Assembly: GCA_951406725.2 (NCBI GenBank)
Contig: OX597837.1
Location: 16,182,001-16,246,000, forward strand
Length of the DNA stretch: 64,000 bases
Reading direction: 5' to 3'
DNA from: Octopus vulgaris
Taxonomy: Eukaryota
How positions within the stretch are numbered: the stretch's first letter is position 1; the number at the start of each line of letters is the position of its first letter. The notes under the pieces were generated by a model that searched no databases, was not told the DNA's origin, and saw nothing but the letters and a program-made list of their open reading frames with translations. The translations under genes were made by a program, and so were the position numbers. Positions 40,975 to 53,039 of this stretch are shown here, in pieces.

Positions 40975-42100
40975 CATCAACATCGTTTAATGTCTGTCTT
41001 CCATGCTAGCATGGGTGGGATGGTAAGACAAGAGCCAGCCAGGCCAAAGCCTGCACCAGACTTCTGTGACTGTTTTGGCAGGATTTTTACAGCTGGATGC
41101 CCTTCCTAATACCAACCACACAGCAGAGCAGACTTGGTGCATTTTATGTGGCACAAGCACAGGTGAGGTTAGTTTTGGCAAGGTTTTTACAGCTGGATGC
41201 CCTTCCGAATGCCAACCACTTTACACAGTGGACTGGGTGCTTTTTATGGGGTCACCAAGTACTTGCAAGACATAAAAAAAAAATTTTAAGAGGAGAGGAG
41301 GCACTGGAAGAGGTGATGATGAAAAGGTCATAGTGAGACAGATACAGGTGCCTTGCTGTAGAGGACAAGGTTACCTGGCCAGAGAGAGAGAAAGATCAGG
41401 AATGAAGACAGAAACAGGTGTGCTACTGCAAAGAAAATACATGGTTGCCCAACCTGAGGGAATTGCAGGAGAAAGAGAGAGAGAGTAGGAGACCGCAAGA
41501 TAGAGATGGTGGCAAAAATGCTGGGTATACTCACAAGGAACAGGGATCAGAGTATAAATGGGATGGTTGAGTAAAGGAAGAGAGAGATGTAGATGGTGGC
41601 AAGAGCCAGATCATAGCCTTGAGGTTCAAATGCCAAAACTTAAGTGGCAGGATATTGCGAAGGGAGTGTGATTAAAGAGTGTGAGTAAGTGGTGAAAGAC
41701 CTGTGTATATATAGAGTTAGAGGGGCTACTGGATAGCAATGATACAGAGGAACAGGGTTGTGGGGACACGATTGGGGGGGGGGGGGGGTGAGAGCTAGGC
41801 ATAGTGTATGAAGGAGGAAATGTGAGAAAGAGAGAAAAGATGTAGATTGGTTTATTGGGGTGGGTGAGGGGAAAGTTTTCTTGTTAGATGTGAGTGGAAC
41901 ACCCAGGTCGGGGGGGCCAGCAGATAGCAATAACAGAGTGAGATAGGGCATGTGGGTAGAATGCACAGGTCATGGCTAAGTGGAGAGCAATGATACAGTG
42001 GCACGGGGCTAAGAGGACAGGATTGGGGAGTGAGAGGTAATTATAGTACATGAAGCAGAAATGTGAGGGAGAGAAGAGATGTAGAGACATAGTTTGGTTT
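40975..42100 (-). mobile_element. RTE-associated retroposon (family D) with (GAT)n tail
   Basis: catcgtttaatgtctgtcttccatgctagcatggg...acagctggatgcccttcc is shared with 42900-43110, 54340-54600, 55075-55330 and 33350-33550. The extent toward 42100 is uncertain. Confidence 0.6.
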
Positions 42101-42754
42101 GTTGTGGTGGGGTGTGTGAGAAGTTTTCTTGTGGAGTGTGGGTGGGACATACAGCACCTTCTAGAACTCAGTTTCGATGATGTGGGTGGGTCTTCTCAAG
42201 AACTTCACATCACCAGACATCTCGGTCCATTGTCATTTCCTCCTGAGATTATTATACATGTATGTGTGTGGGTGGGTGTGTGTATCCTTTGGAAAATGGA
42301 TGCTAAACGATGATGATGATGATGATTACTTCATTCATTTTAAATTGATAAAAGGTGTTTTTTTTCTAATTTTTGATATATATATATTATATTTTGTGAA
42401 ATTTGATTTAGTATTTCTAAATTGAATTTTTCCCTGTAAGTTACTCACAAGACATTAGTTGGCCCTCGGCTAGAATAGAAGACACATTCTCAAGGTGCCA
42501 CACAATGGGACGGAACCTAAAACTACAATAACCTTCTTAACAAGACAGCTATGTCCACTTATAATCTGTGTACAAGTGAGGCTTCACCTGAAGGTTTGAA
42601 TTAATACTTTAATCGAGGTTGTCTCAGGTATGTCAATATTGGAATGGTTAGTGAAGGTGGGCTAAGGTGAGTTTGTGTTAATGTTAATTACAAGCAATAA
42701 CAGGTGGGTTAGTGCTGGTTAAGGTTCGAAAATATAGAATGAATCCAAACTTAC

Positions 42755-42817
42755 GTGCCAGACTTAAAGAGAAATGTCATTACCAGACTGTGAGGGAAGC
42801 GAACCTTGCAACCATAT
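42755..42817 (-). CDS. PXMP4: PXMP4 coding exon 2 (63 nt)
   Basis: Acceptor ttctgtttcag|A, translation (V)YGCKVRFPHSLVMTFLFKSG(T), donor AC|gtaagt. Human is YGAKIRAPHALVMTFLFRNGS. Phases join exons 1 and 3 in frame. Confidence 0.96.
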
Positions 42818-42899
42818 CTGAAACAGAAATAATAATAATAATATTAATAACAATAGTAAGTTGCACCATTTTCTGTTAATATACAAATGATATTGAACC

Positions 42900-43110
42900 C
42901 CTAGCCTCGTCTGGCACCTGTGTCGGTGGCACATAAAATCACCCACTACACTCTCGGAGTGGTTGGCGTTAGGAAGGGCATCCAGCTGTAGAAACACTGC
43001 CAGATCTGACTGGCCTGGTGCAGCCTTCGGGCTTGCCAGACCCCAGTTGAACCGTCCAACCCATGCTAGCATGGAAAGCGGACGTTAAATGATGATGATG
43101 ATGATGATGA
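42900..43110 (+). mobile_element. Family D retroposon 3' end
   Basis: ggttggcgttaggaagggcatccagctgtag...ccatgctagcatggaaagcggacgttaaa(tga)n. Confidence 0.8.
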
Positions 43111-44354
43111 ACAACAACACAAATTGCTAACAAGGGGACAAGTCACGAAATTAGGTGGGGTAGGACTGGTCAGTCAACTAGAGTAACCGTTTGTGAGTGA
43201 ATTTGGTAGAAGGAAATCATTCTGAAACCTGTCGGGTGGATACGTAGTGTGTGTGTGTGTGTGTGTGTTCTTTTTACATTTCTTTTATTTAATTATTTTT
43301 TCTCGTTTCAGCCACTGAATTGCTGCCTGGGGTATGAAGGGTGTGGTCGCACAAATCCACCCCAGTATTTATTAAGTGTAATACTTATTTTTTCGATTTC
43401 TTTTGGCGAACTGCGAAGTTATGTGGACGAAAACAATCAACACACCAAGCGATGGTGGGAGACAAACACACAACAAGTTTTTGAACGATATCCGTCGGTG
43501 AAGGAGAAACATTTTCCACAGTGCCACACAGTGGGAAGGCCTTGAAGCGTCGAACACCACAGAATTCTTCGAACATGATGCAAAGCAACAACATTATAGG
43601 GACCACTTCTTATGATGTCTGGTAACAGGATGTGACAATGTTCATGCCTTTCCCATTCCCATTAACAACGTAAAACCCTGATTCTAGAAATGGCATGGGA
43701 AGAGTTACGTCCCTTAAAACTATTCGACTTGGTACGTCCGTGAATAATTGGTTGTTAGACTAGAAATAGCAACCAAATCTCCTACAAATTGCACTTCATT
43801 CATTTAAAAAGGATGTGAGATCGCCAAGATTGGAACACTTATGAACTAGGTGTGCTGGATTGCTGACAGCAGCACAGCATGCTTTCTAGGAACTTCAGAG
43901 ACAACAATATATGTCGACCAAAAAAAAGGCTAATTGCACAAAACGTTTGTTTGGTAAATATGCAACATTGTCTACTTTACATATAAATAGTCCGACTCTG
44001 CACTTTCCTAACCCATCGCTGTACTGAGCAAGTTTAGGATAGTGTAACTACAAAATTAATTCTGTGTGTGTGAAATATATATACGTACACAAACAGAGAT
44101 AAGCAAAATGTTATCCAAGAGAAATAACTCAGCATGGCCAAAAGCATGCATTTAAGTTGTAGATTCTTGGTTTATTAAAATTAACTCCACATCTTAAGTG
44201 GCTGTGTGGTAAGAAGCTTGCTTCCCAACCACATGGTTCCAGGTTCAGTCCTACTGTGTGATACCTTGGGCAAGTGTCTTTTGCTATAGCCTCGGGCCGA
44301 TTTTAGGTAAAATTATACTAATGTGTCCTAATTTAATTAAATTCTATGTCTTTG

Positions 44355-44441
44355 TGCAGCTGGAGATTGCTCTGCATTTTAAATTGATGTAATGATTCCA
44401 TTGTTCAATTAAATGGAGTTGCATGAAACGATCGTACTGCA
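44355..44441 (+). ncRNA. Type I hammerhead-like motif with an extended stem II
   Basis: TGCAG-CTGGAGA-T-TGC...GCA-T-GAAA-C-GATC-G-TA-CTGCA: perfect 5-bp stem I, palindromic loop III and an A6G core change. Confidence 0.6.
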
Positions 44442-44571
44442 TTACCTCTGGATATCCTTGTTGCTTATTTTGATTTTAATCACCTTAGTTTGAAATTGTA
44501 TGGATAATACCGTACTAAATTCTGGTGTCTCAACTTAAGTACCATATTCATCTGAATCTAAATTTTTACTA

Positions 44572-44613
<42 letters not shown>

Positions 44614-44721
44614 TATGTATGTATGTATGTATGTATGTATGTATGTATGTATGTATGTATGTATGTATGTATGTATGTATGTATGTATGTATGTATGTAT
44701 GTATGTATGTATGTATGTATA

Positions 44722-45843
44722 TCAGGTTGGAAAAAAGTTATGTCCAGTTTAAAGTCTGTATTCATAAATAAAAAAACTTGTGTTTATAGAAATATTTAAT
44801 CATTAATATAAAATCCATTCCTTCATAGAAGCTCATTCTGTCTGTCAACAAGACCATCCAAATGATTCTGTGATCCCCTAAAACAAGTGATAATCAGAAG
44901 GTGCAAGGTCAGGAGAATATGGAAGATGAAGCAATTTCTGCCAACAGAGTTCTTTCTAAGAGATCTTTAGTCAATTGTGCAGTGTGTGGGTGGGCATTAT
45001 TGGGATGCAGACTGACTCCCTTTCTGGTGACTAAGGATGGGTGGTTTTGTCCAAAGATGCTTTCAAATGACAAAGTTGATGGCAATAGAGATTGGCAGTG
45101 ATTGCTTGGTTATTGCCTAATGATTCGTCATGGATAATTCCTGGAATATCCCACCTTTCATTCAACATGATCTTCTTTGGATAAAGTCGTCCTCTTGGTT
45201 ACTGAGGAGGTCTGCATCCTTGACTGATCCATTGATAACAGCATTCCACTCCTCATCACCAATTACAAGCCCATCCAAAAATGGCATCTGACCGTTGTTA
45301 TGTAAGCAATGACTCACAACAAGCAACACAGTGCTGCTGATTCCATGGAGAAAGGTCGTGTGGGACCCATTTTCCAACTACTGAAACCTTTCCAATTCTT
45401 TTCAGTTCACGTACGGTAGTCGTATGGCTTACTTAAAATTTCCTAGCCCTGGTGGCAGGATTCTTGGGAGTCGAGAGCTTTTGGACGACCCTTCTTTGGC
45501 TCGTCATCTAAGCTGAAGTTTCCACTTCAAAAATGGAAAAACCACCTCCTAGCAACTCCTTTCTTTTGCTACATTATCTCCACAAGATCTCTGAATGGAT
45601 GTCGCTGTTGCTCTCACATTGACCCCTTTATGAAACTTGTAGAGTAAAGCAAGTCTGATGCGTTCTTTGGTTGGAATGAACACTGGGGGTTAATATTGAA
45701 GGAGATTCTGAACAAAATTCTTTTAATCTGAAAGAAGAAAATATAAATCACTCATCGTTTCATTCTATGATTGATAACAAAAGCAATGAATGTTGCCTCT
45801 AAGTTCCTCTTGAAAGTCCAACAAAACTTTCGTTCCAATCTGA
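44722..45843 (-). mobile_element. Near full-length decayed mariner in PXMP4 intron 1
   Basis: TIRs tcaggttggaaaaaagtt and aactttcgttccaatctga. Minus translation KERIRLALLYKFHKG, RRWF, SLDDEPKKGRP, GKWVPHDL, FLDGLVIGDE.W. Confidence 0.88.
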
Positions 45844-47305
45844 TGTGTGTGTGTGTGTGTGTACAGAGAGGGGGAAATTAGAGAGAGAGAGAGATGTTGG
45901 TTGTGGGGTTAAGAAGACTGCTTTGCAGTTCAGTTTCACTGAGTGACTTCTTGGGCATGTGTCTTATTACTATGGCCCCAGGATGACTGGAACTTTACAT
46001 GCAAATTCAGATGGTAAATGTAAGAAGCATATTATTATCTGATTTTTACCATGAATTTTACATCTTATACATGCCTTACATTCAAGCAGGAACGGAGTAA
46101 ATAGAAATTCCATTCCATGGATGATACAGAGGCACAGTGGGATCAAGAGTGGCAGAAATGAAGGACCTGGCATAGCATAGGAATAGCCCCTTGTGGGCAA
46201 TAAAGAAATAAGAAGCATAGGAATAGCTAGCAGTAAGAATACCCGTAAAATGATGAGGAAAACTGACGAGAGAAACTAATGGGAAGAAATGCTGAAAAGG
46301 GATCTTAGGGATGTGGAACGTCAAGAAGGAAATGACAAAGAAACAATGCAAATGTTGTGATATACCTGTTTGTTTTACATGTGTCCAACCCCTGCATGCA
46401 TCTTGCTATCTATCTGGTTGGGTGACTTGCCTAGCCCAATGCAGCTCTTCCATGCCAGATGTCCCAACCTTCCATTGCAATCTTCATATCTTTAACTTCG
46501 TCTCCAGAGTCCTCCCCAACTTGATCAACAGATGCTCTTTCTCATCAACAGATATGTGTCGACCAGGAGGAATAAATTTCTCTGCTGACGAAGTGCAGAA
46601 GTCAAACATTTCAACTTCCAAATAAAGGGGACCTTTTTTTTTCTTTTTCAATATCAGGAAAGGATATGGTGGTGTTTAGAGTGTTGCACTCACGATCGCA
46701 AGATCATGGTTTCGATTCCCAGACCAGGCAGTATATTGTGTTGGAGAGCAAAACACTTCATTTTGGTCCCGTCCACTCGTCTGTGAATAATCAACCCTTT
46801 GATGGTTCCATTCAAGGGTCACATTGTGATCTTGATCACTTATACACCGTGGAAACTGGGTAACTGATCCAATGAATTCAAGAACTAGAGATGATGATGA
46901 TGATGATGACTACAACAATGATGAAAAATGGTGGGAGGAAGGGGGAGAAATTCTTTTCAAGCTGGGAATGTTTGACTCTCTCCCCAAATATTTGCAACAA
47001 GAGTGAATTCCACTGAAGATACTCAAGGATCAGGTGATGGTCTGAAGGCAGGGGACAGAATAAATCTGCCATTGAAGAACTTGGAATGCAAAGAGCTGCC
47101 AGAATCAAAACACTTCATCCAATGCTGCTTTAACAAAAGCATCAATGGCTCCGACCTGGGCTCTCACTTTTTATTTTATTGACCCCCAAAAATGCTGAAA
47201 GACAAAGTTAACTTCAGTGATGTTTGAGCTCAAAATGCAGCAAGGTAAAACAAACACCACACAAGGCATTTGGTTCCACAGCTTTGCTAATTCTCTCTCC
47301 TAAGG

Positions 47306-47456
47306 CAGGGCCGTTTTAACATACTTCTAGGCTCCTGGTAAAATCAATACACAGAGACCCTCTACATAGAAAACAACATGAACAGATTACCATTGGGCCC
47401 CTACACTCATGGACGGGGCCCCTGGGTTACTGTATGCCTGTCTTAAGACAGCATTG
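47306..47456. mobile_element. Probable hAT-type MITE
   Basis: cagggccgttttaa ... ttaagacagcattg termini with internal gggccc motifs. Confidence 0.45.
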
Positions 47457-49599
47457 CCCATAGGAAAGAAGTTAGACTTGCTTTCTCTTTCTTCCCAGTA
47501 AAACAATTGACACCATTTCATGAAGCTTTTGTCATTACTATTTGCTGATTTGGAACAACAAAGGAGCCCCTTGATTTGATTGCTTTATTGCAACGTGATG
47601 TCTGATGTTGGGTGGGGGACTGTTTAAGCAAAGTACACAAAACCATTTATAATTATGAAAGCCATATCTCGTTGAAGTAGGTTACTTATAACATGTGACC
47701 TCCTTCTGGCTGTCTCTCGTGAAAAGAAAAGATTTCCATGAAAATCTGATTTGTTATTTACAATACATTTATTTCTGTATCTTAATGCCACATCACATTC
47801 CTGGCATTCATAAAGGGAAATGCTACCAATCCACATGTATTTCAGAAACCCATCTATGGGGAGAGGCTCCAAGTGGTCGTTTAATATACAAGAAATAATG
47901 GCCAAATCTCCCTCAAATTACACCCTACTATATTTAAAAAGAAAGGACACATTGGATAACACAGTATGTCACCAAAGAAAGATGAGACAATGGCATTTGG
48001 AAAGTCTTTGGTCAGGGCTAACCCAGAGTAAACAGCAAGAAAAAAGGACTACTTTGAGTCAATGAGAAAGTCTTTTTATGTATGTTCAACACTGCTAGAA
48101 ATAATAGCCTAATCTCTCTCAAACCATGTGTTACCAATCTTAAAAAGAATATATATACCTAGGAGAATATATTAGATAATGTATTCCTGGATATAAGACT
48201 GGGAAGAAAAAAAGACATGGGTGGGGGTCATGGTTGAACTGCCTTCACTCATAATCCTACTTGATCATATAGAAGCTAAAATTGAACACAGCAACCTCCA
48301 GGTACAATACTATGATGCCAAAATCAACAATGGGATCATCTGTGCAACTGATGGTCAACTTGCTGGAAACAGATGGAATGGCCATAGCTGGAACACCTTT
48401 GACCATGAGTCAGGGATTACAGTGGACCAAACAATAGAAACAATATACTACTATGTAGTACACCAATATATTCAAGTATAATAGGGCAAGAAAGCATAAT
48501 GTCTCACAATATAGAGCAGTGGTCTTCAAACAATATTTCCGTACGTGACACCTGTATGTGCCAAGGATTTTTATAAATGACATTAGTGAAAGTGACCCCT
48601 GATGGGCCCCTGCACCTTTTTCCTCTTTCTGGTCCTTTTACTGTTCATTTTTCCATCATTTTGTCTTTTATTGTGCACTGCTTACTGTGCCTTAAAGAGT
48701 GAACCCTTTTCCAACAAATTGCAGAGCACCTGAGAAGTGCACTCAATAAACTCATTATTATTAGAATTTGTTGTTCCTGTAGAGTCGGAAATCATCTAAT
48801 ATATAAAAAAAACCCATAATTTCTTCAAGTATTCTAGTATTCAATTCTATTATCAGTTTCAGCCAAGGAGCGTGGCCATGCTGAGGCACTGCCATTAAAA
48901 AGATATACTCACAGCATTACAAATTATGATTCTATAAAAAATATAACATTTTCAGATTTATGATTTATACATCTGAGAAAAAAGTAGGGAATATCTCCCC
49001 CTCCCCATCACGAACCCTAATTTATGATGCTTAAAATATACACAAAGAAGTTACAGTTTTTGGCACAATAATTTCCAACTCTATTGAACAAGAAAACCCA
49101 TAATTTTGAGTATAATTAACAAAAATAACATGAACATTTGTGAATATATTTATGGATGGATATATATGTAGGAGTGTGTGTCTGTGTGTCACTGTGTTCT
49201 TGTCGGTCCCCTCACACACAACCAGTGTCGGTCCTCATAATTTAGTGATAGAAATAAGTACCAGACTTTCAAATAAGTTCTGGGGTTAATTTCTCCAACT
49301 AAACCCTTTAAGGCGGTGTCCATGGATGGCCACAGTCCAATGACTGAAACAAGTAAAAGATAAATGATGAAATTGCTTTCTATATTCACCTCCCCCCACC
49401 CCATCAAACATAATTTTAGAATTAAAAAAAAAAAGCTTTTTATACAAAGTGCACCAGGGACACCACAAAGTCAAAAAGACTGCTCGACAATTACAAGAGA
49501 ATTTCCACCACCATCATCAGTTTTTGGACAGTTCTGAAGTTAGTTTGCCAATAAGGGGTATTTGGGGTGGAGCAATGAAAAGTTACTTTTTGTTATTGG

Positions 49600-49945
49600 G
49601 GGACCACCTTGAAGAAGTTTTGGTCAAATGTATCAACCCCAGTAATTATTTTTTTTTTAAAGCTTGGTATTTATTCTATAAGTCTCTTTTGCTGAACAGC
49701 TAAGTTATGGGGACATAAACAAACCAGCACCAGTTGTCAAGCAGTGGTGGGGGACAAACACTGATACAAAGGCACACACACATAAATACATATACATATG
49801 TATATATATAGATATCCGTCTACCAAATCCACTCACAAGGCTTTGGTTGGCCCGAGGCTATAGTAGAAGAGGGCCATGCAGTGGGACTGAACTGGGAACC
49901 ATGTGGTTGGAAAGCAAGCTTCTCACCACACAGTTATGCCTGCAC
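49600..49945 (-). mobile_element. SINE family A
   Basis: Reverse head (gggactgaactgggaaccatgtggttgg) and tail. Confidence 0.82.
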
Positions 49946-50049
49946 TTATTGTTAATCATCCTCATATATGAAAGTGACTGAAATGAGATTCTTTCAAAGG
50001 ATCTTTGGAGTCGCATGACTTGACTCAAAGGTCAGGGTGTCTTTCCAGG

Positions 50050-50350
50050 TCAAATCACTATTTCTCCAAAATAAGAGGTACAACTCCGGTACAACAGACA
50101 CGTGATTAGAATGTCACAGGAAAGAACCACAGGACAGATTCTTGAAGCGAAGCCAACTGGAAAGGGACTTAGGGGTACGAAATGATTGAATAATATCCAT
50201 AGACTCAGTTGGTTGTGCTTGGGAATCCAGCTGGAAAGTGTAATGACAGTTGCTTCTGACAGAAGTGAATGATGGAGGAGGTGCTTGAGGGTCCTACCCC
50301 AACGACACTTCCAGGAATAGTGGGAAGAGAAGTTGGCTGGCTGGATGGAT
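50050..50350 (+). mobile_element. RTE LINE 3' fragment
   Basis: RMSQERTTGQILEAKPTGK..RG...W relic. Confidence 0.6.
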
Positions 50351-50664
50351 GGATAACTCATGAAGCCCCCATCTGACTACTCATCCTACTAGAAATTATC
50401 ATCAACCTCTTTAAAATCACAAAAAACAAAGCAATTCTTAAACACATCAAAAACATCTCCATATGACAGAGAAGCCGACCACAGCAGAACATTTAAAAAA
50501 CAAATGGAGGCCGCCAATAAACTGGTATCAATTGAGTTGACAAAGTGAAACTGGTACGATATCACAAAATATTGTTATATTTGTCTAAAATGAATTCATT
50601 AGTTTCTAGGATGTTTAATTCATTCCGAAGAGATCAGTTCATTCTTCGATAAAATTAAGATGGC

Positions 50665-50975
50665 ACATGCGTGACTGCATGGCTCCGGGTTCCGTCCGAC
50701 TGGGAGGCACTTTGGACAGGTGCCTTCTACTACATCCCCAGGCTGACCAAAGCCTTGTGGGTGGATTTGGTTGATGGAAACTGAAAGAAGCCCATCGTAT
50801 GCGTGTGTGTCCCATACCGCTGCTTCACAAATGGTGTTGGTTTGTTTATGGCCATAAGAGATAGAATAAGTATCAGGCTAAAAAAATTAGACACTAGGGT
50901 CAACTCGTTCGAGAAAAAGACCCCTTCAAGGCGGTCCCAGCATGACTACAGTCCAATGATTGAAACAAGTAAACA
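50665..50975 (+). mobile_element. SINE family A
   Basis: gaccaaagccttgtgggtggatttgg...gaaagaagccc...cagcatgactacagtccaatgattgaaacaagta. Confidence 0.82.
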
Positions 50976-51749
50976 AGATTAAAAGAAGAAAAAAAGATGA
51001 AGAATCGATTTGTTTTGCTGTCAATTCTTGATTTGAATCAAACTGTTTGATAGAAGACGACGCCTAACATTTGATTGCTATTTTATTTTACTGACCCTTG
51101 TTGTAGAGCAGTATTAACAGCCCAGGCAAATCGATGCACTAAGCCAGGGATACGTAGATCAGAACGTGGTCCCTAGACTCTTGACGCCCCTGGGCAACTA
51201 CCCAATGTGCCGGTTAAACTAAAGCCTTTGACCCGAGCAAAAAAAAAAGTGTAATAGGTGTAAAACAATTTGCTCTAAACGAATGTGGAAAACAAAAATG
51301 CGCGCTGGCGAACGAGGATTGGGAAGATTCCGATGGTGAATGTTCCGAGTCGCCTCACCAGAGCCAAGAAACAAAAGAAAAATATAATAATAATGAAATG
51401 ATTGTATACAGTGCTCAGGTGCCCCACAACAAAGGTGGCTGAACCCCATCGGAGGATGAACCCCAAGTTAACCTTGGGTGGATTTGGACGTAAAGGCCTT
51501 AACTAAATACCAGAAGGCATTTTGTTCGACGCTCCGCCGATTCTGTCAAAACCCCGCTTTATGTTGAATTATCGATCAATCCAAGTCGATAGGTTTTTTT
51601 TTTAAATATTATCGATCAATTAATTATCGATCGAACCAAATCGATGGAGTTTTTAAAAAAAATTTTGTGTATTTTTTCTAAAATAAAAAAAAACTTATAA
51701 CAGACATTTATAAAAAGTGACAAAATATTACGAAAAGCATCTCACGTAC

Positions 51750-51844
51750 ACAATTCCGTTCCTGAAGGCTTTGATTAGCGAAAGATAAGGTTTGTATTTC
51801 TCGTTGGAAAGAATCGCATTGATGAGGACAAGAGCCGAGGCCAT
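51750..51844 (-). CDS. PXMP4: PXMP4/PMP24 orthologue, coding exon 1 (95 nt)
   Basis: Minus strand reads atcATGGCC (good Kozak context) and translates MASALVLINAILSNEKYKPYLSLIKAFRNGI-V, then donor GT|gtacgt. This matches the PXMP4 N-terminus (human ...LAVLKGFRNGAV). Not in the ORF track; found by hand translation. Confidence 0.93.
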
Positions 51845-51965
51845 GATGAGTGTCTGCTGCGGTGAAGAGGGAAAATGTTACACCGTCGTAATTGGGCCGC
51901 TTCGCTCGCACCTTTGTCGAGCCTCGGCCAATCACAGAAAGTATTTTGAGGGCCGGGACAGAATT
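51845..51965 (-). promoter_or_regulatory. Probable PXMP4 5'UTR and proximal promoter
   Basis: Local GC/CpG-rich patch directly upstream of the ATG with two CCAAT boxes (aattggg ~51890, ggccaatca ~51927). The TSS cannot be fixed from sequence alone. Confidence 0.5.
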
Positions 51966-52039
51966 GAAAACCTTTTGCTTTCTCATGTTAATTATTATTA
52001 TAATAATGAATGAATGATTGTTGATTCAACATGAATATT

Positions 52040-52243
52040 GGTACTACTTAAGAACAGTGGTCCCGGTGCGCGCACTCGCGTACTCGTGCATCCGCGCTAG
52101 CTAGTTGTGACTAAGCGATCCTACAACGACTACCTAGCAAAGTAAATAAAACACAAAATCACAAAGTAAGGATCGACTAGTCACGACTAGCTAGCGCGGA
52201 TGCGCGAGTGCGCGCACCGGGACCACTCTTCTTAAGTAATACC
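52040..52243. mobile_element. GC-rich foldback element (MITE-like) with ~75-85-bp arms upstream of PXMP4
   Basis: ggtactacttaagaacagtggtcccggtgcgcgcactcgcg...catccgcgctagctagt pairs with actagctagcgcggatgcgcgagtgcgcgcaccgggaccactcttcttaagtaatacc. Confidence 0.7.
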
Positions 52244-53039
52244 CTGAATAATATCGTTGCAAAAACAGTTGAAGCTTTCTTTTTACTTTACATTATAATC
52301 TTTAATTTTTGATAAAATTTTTAAATGTTTGTTTAAATAAACCCATTTCAAGAGATTATCAAGCGGACCACAAAATAAAAGTCTGCGGGATGCACGCGGC
52401 CCGCGGACCTCAGGTTGGCGAGCCCTGTTCTATAATGTCAATCAGTCTGCTAGAAATAACAGCCAAATTTTCGCCGCTAAACATTGGTCAAACTAAAGAG
52501 TTTGACCAGAGTAAAAAAAAAAAAATAGTGTAACAGGTGTAAAACATTTTGCTCTAAACAAATATGGAAAAAAAATGCGCGCTCGCGAACGTGGGGTGGA
52601 GGAGAGGCCTCGGAACATTCACATCGTGAATGTTCCGAGTCGTCTCAGCACAGGCAAAAAAAATTTTTTTTAATAGTGTAATAGGTGTACAACAACATGT
52701 AGTAAACGAACAGGGGGTGAGGATGCTCGCTCACGAATGGAGCGGAGTGGGGGAGAGGACTCAGAAAATTCACATCGTCAGACCTTGACCTTTAAACTCC
52801 AGTGTTTAACCCAAGGAAAAAAAATTAAAAGTATCTGCTAGGCTAGCGGATAGCATAGCATGGCCTCACTTTAAACTGGTTACACAGGCTACAAATTTGT
52901 GATCTGCTCAGTCAATTTAAATAGGACCTACTGACAGGGACCCTGTTACTGGAAGTTGAATGCATCCTTACTAGCATACAAAATCTACAGGGACCAGATT
53001 AGGGAACTAGTTAAGTGGCAGTTGATGGCAGTTCTAGTT

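Noticed and set aside
51740-51749. Alternative exon 1 donor GTGAGA 4 nt downstream
   Set aside because: It would put exon 2 out of frame, whereas GT|gtacgt keeps the frame.
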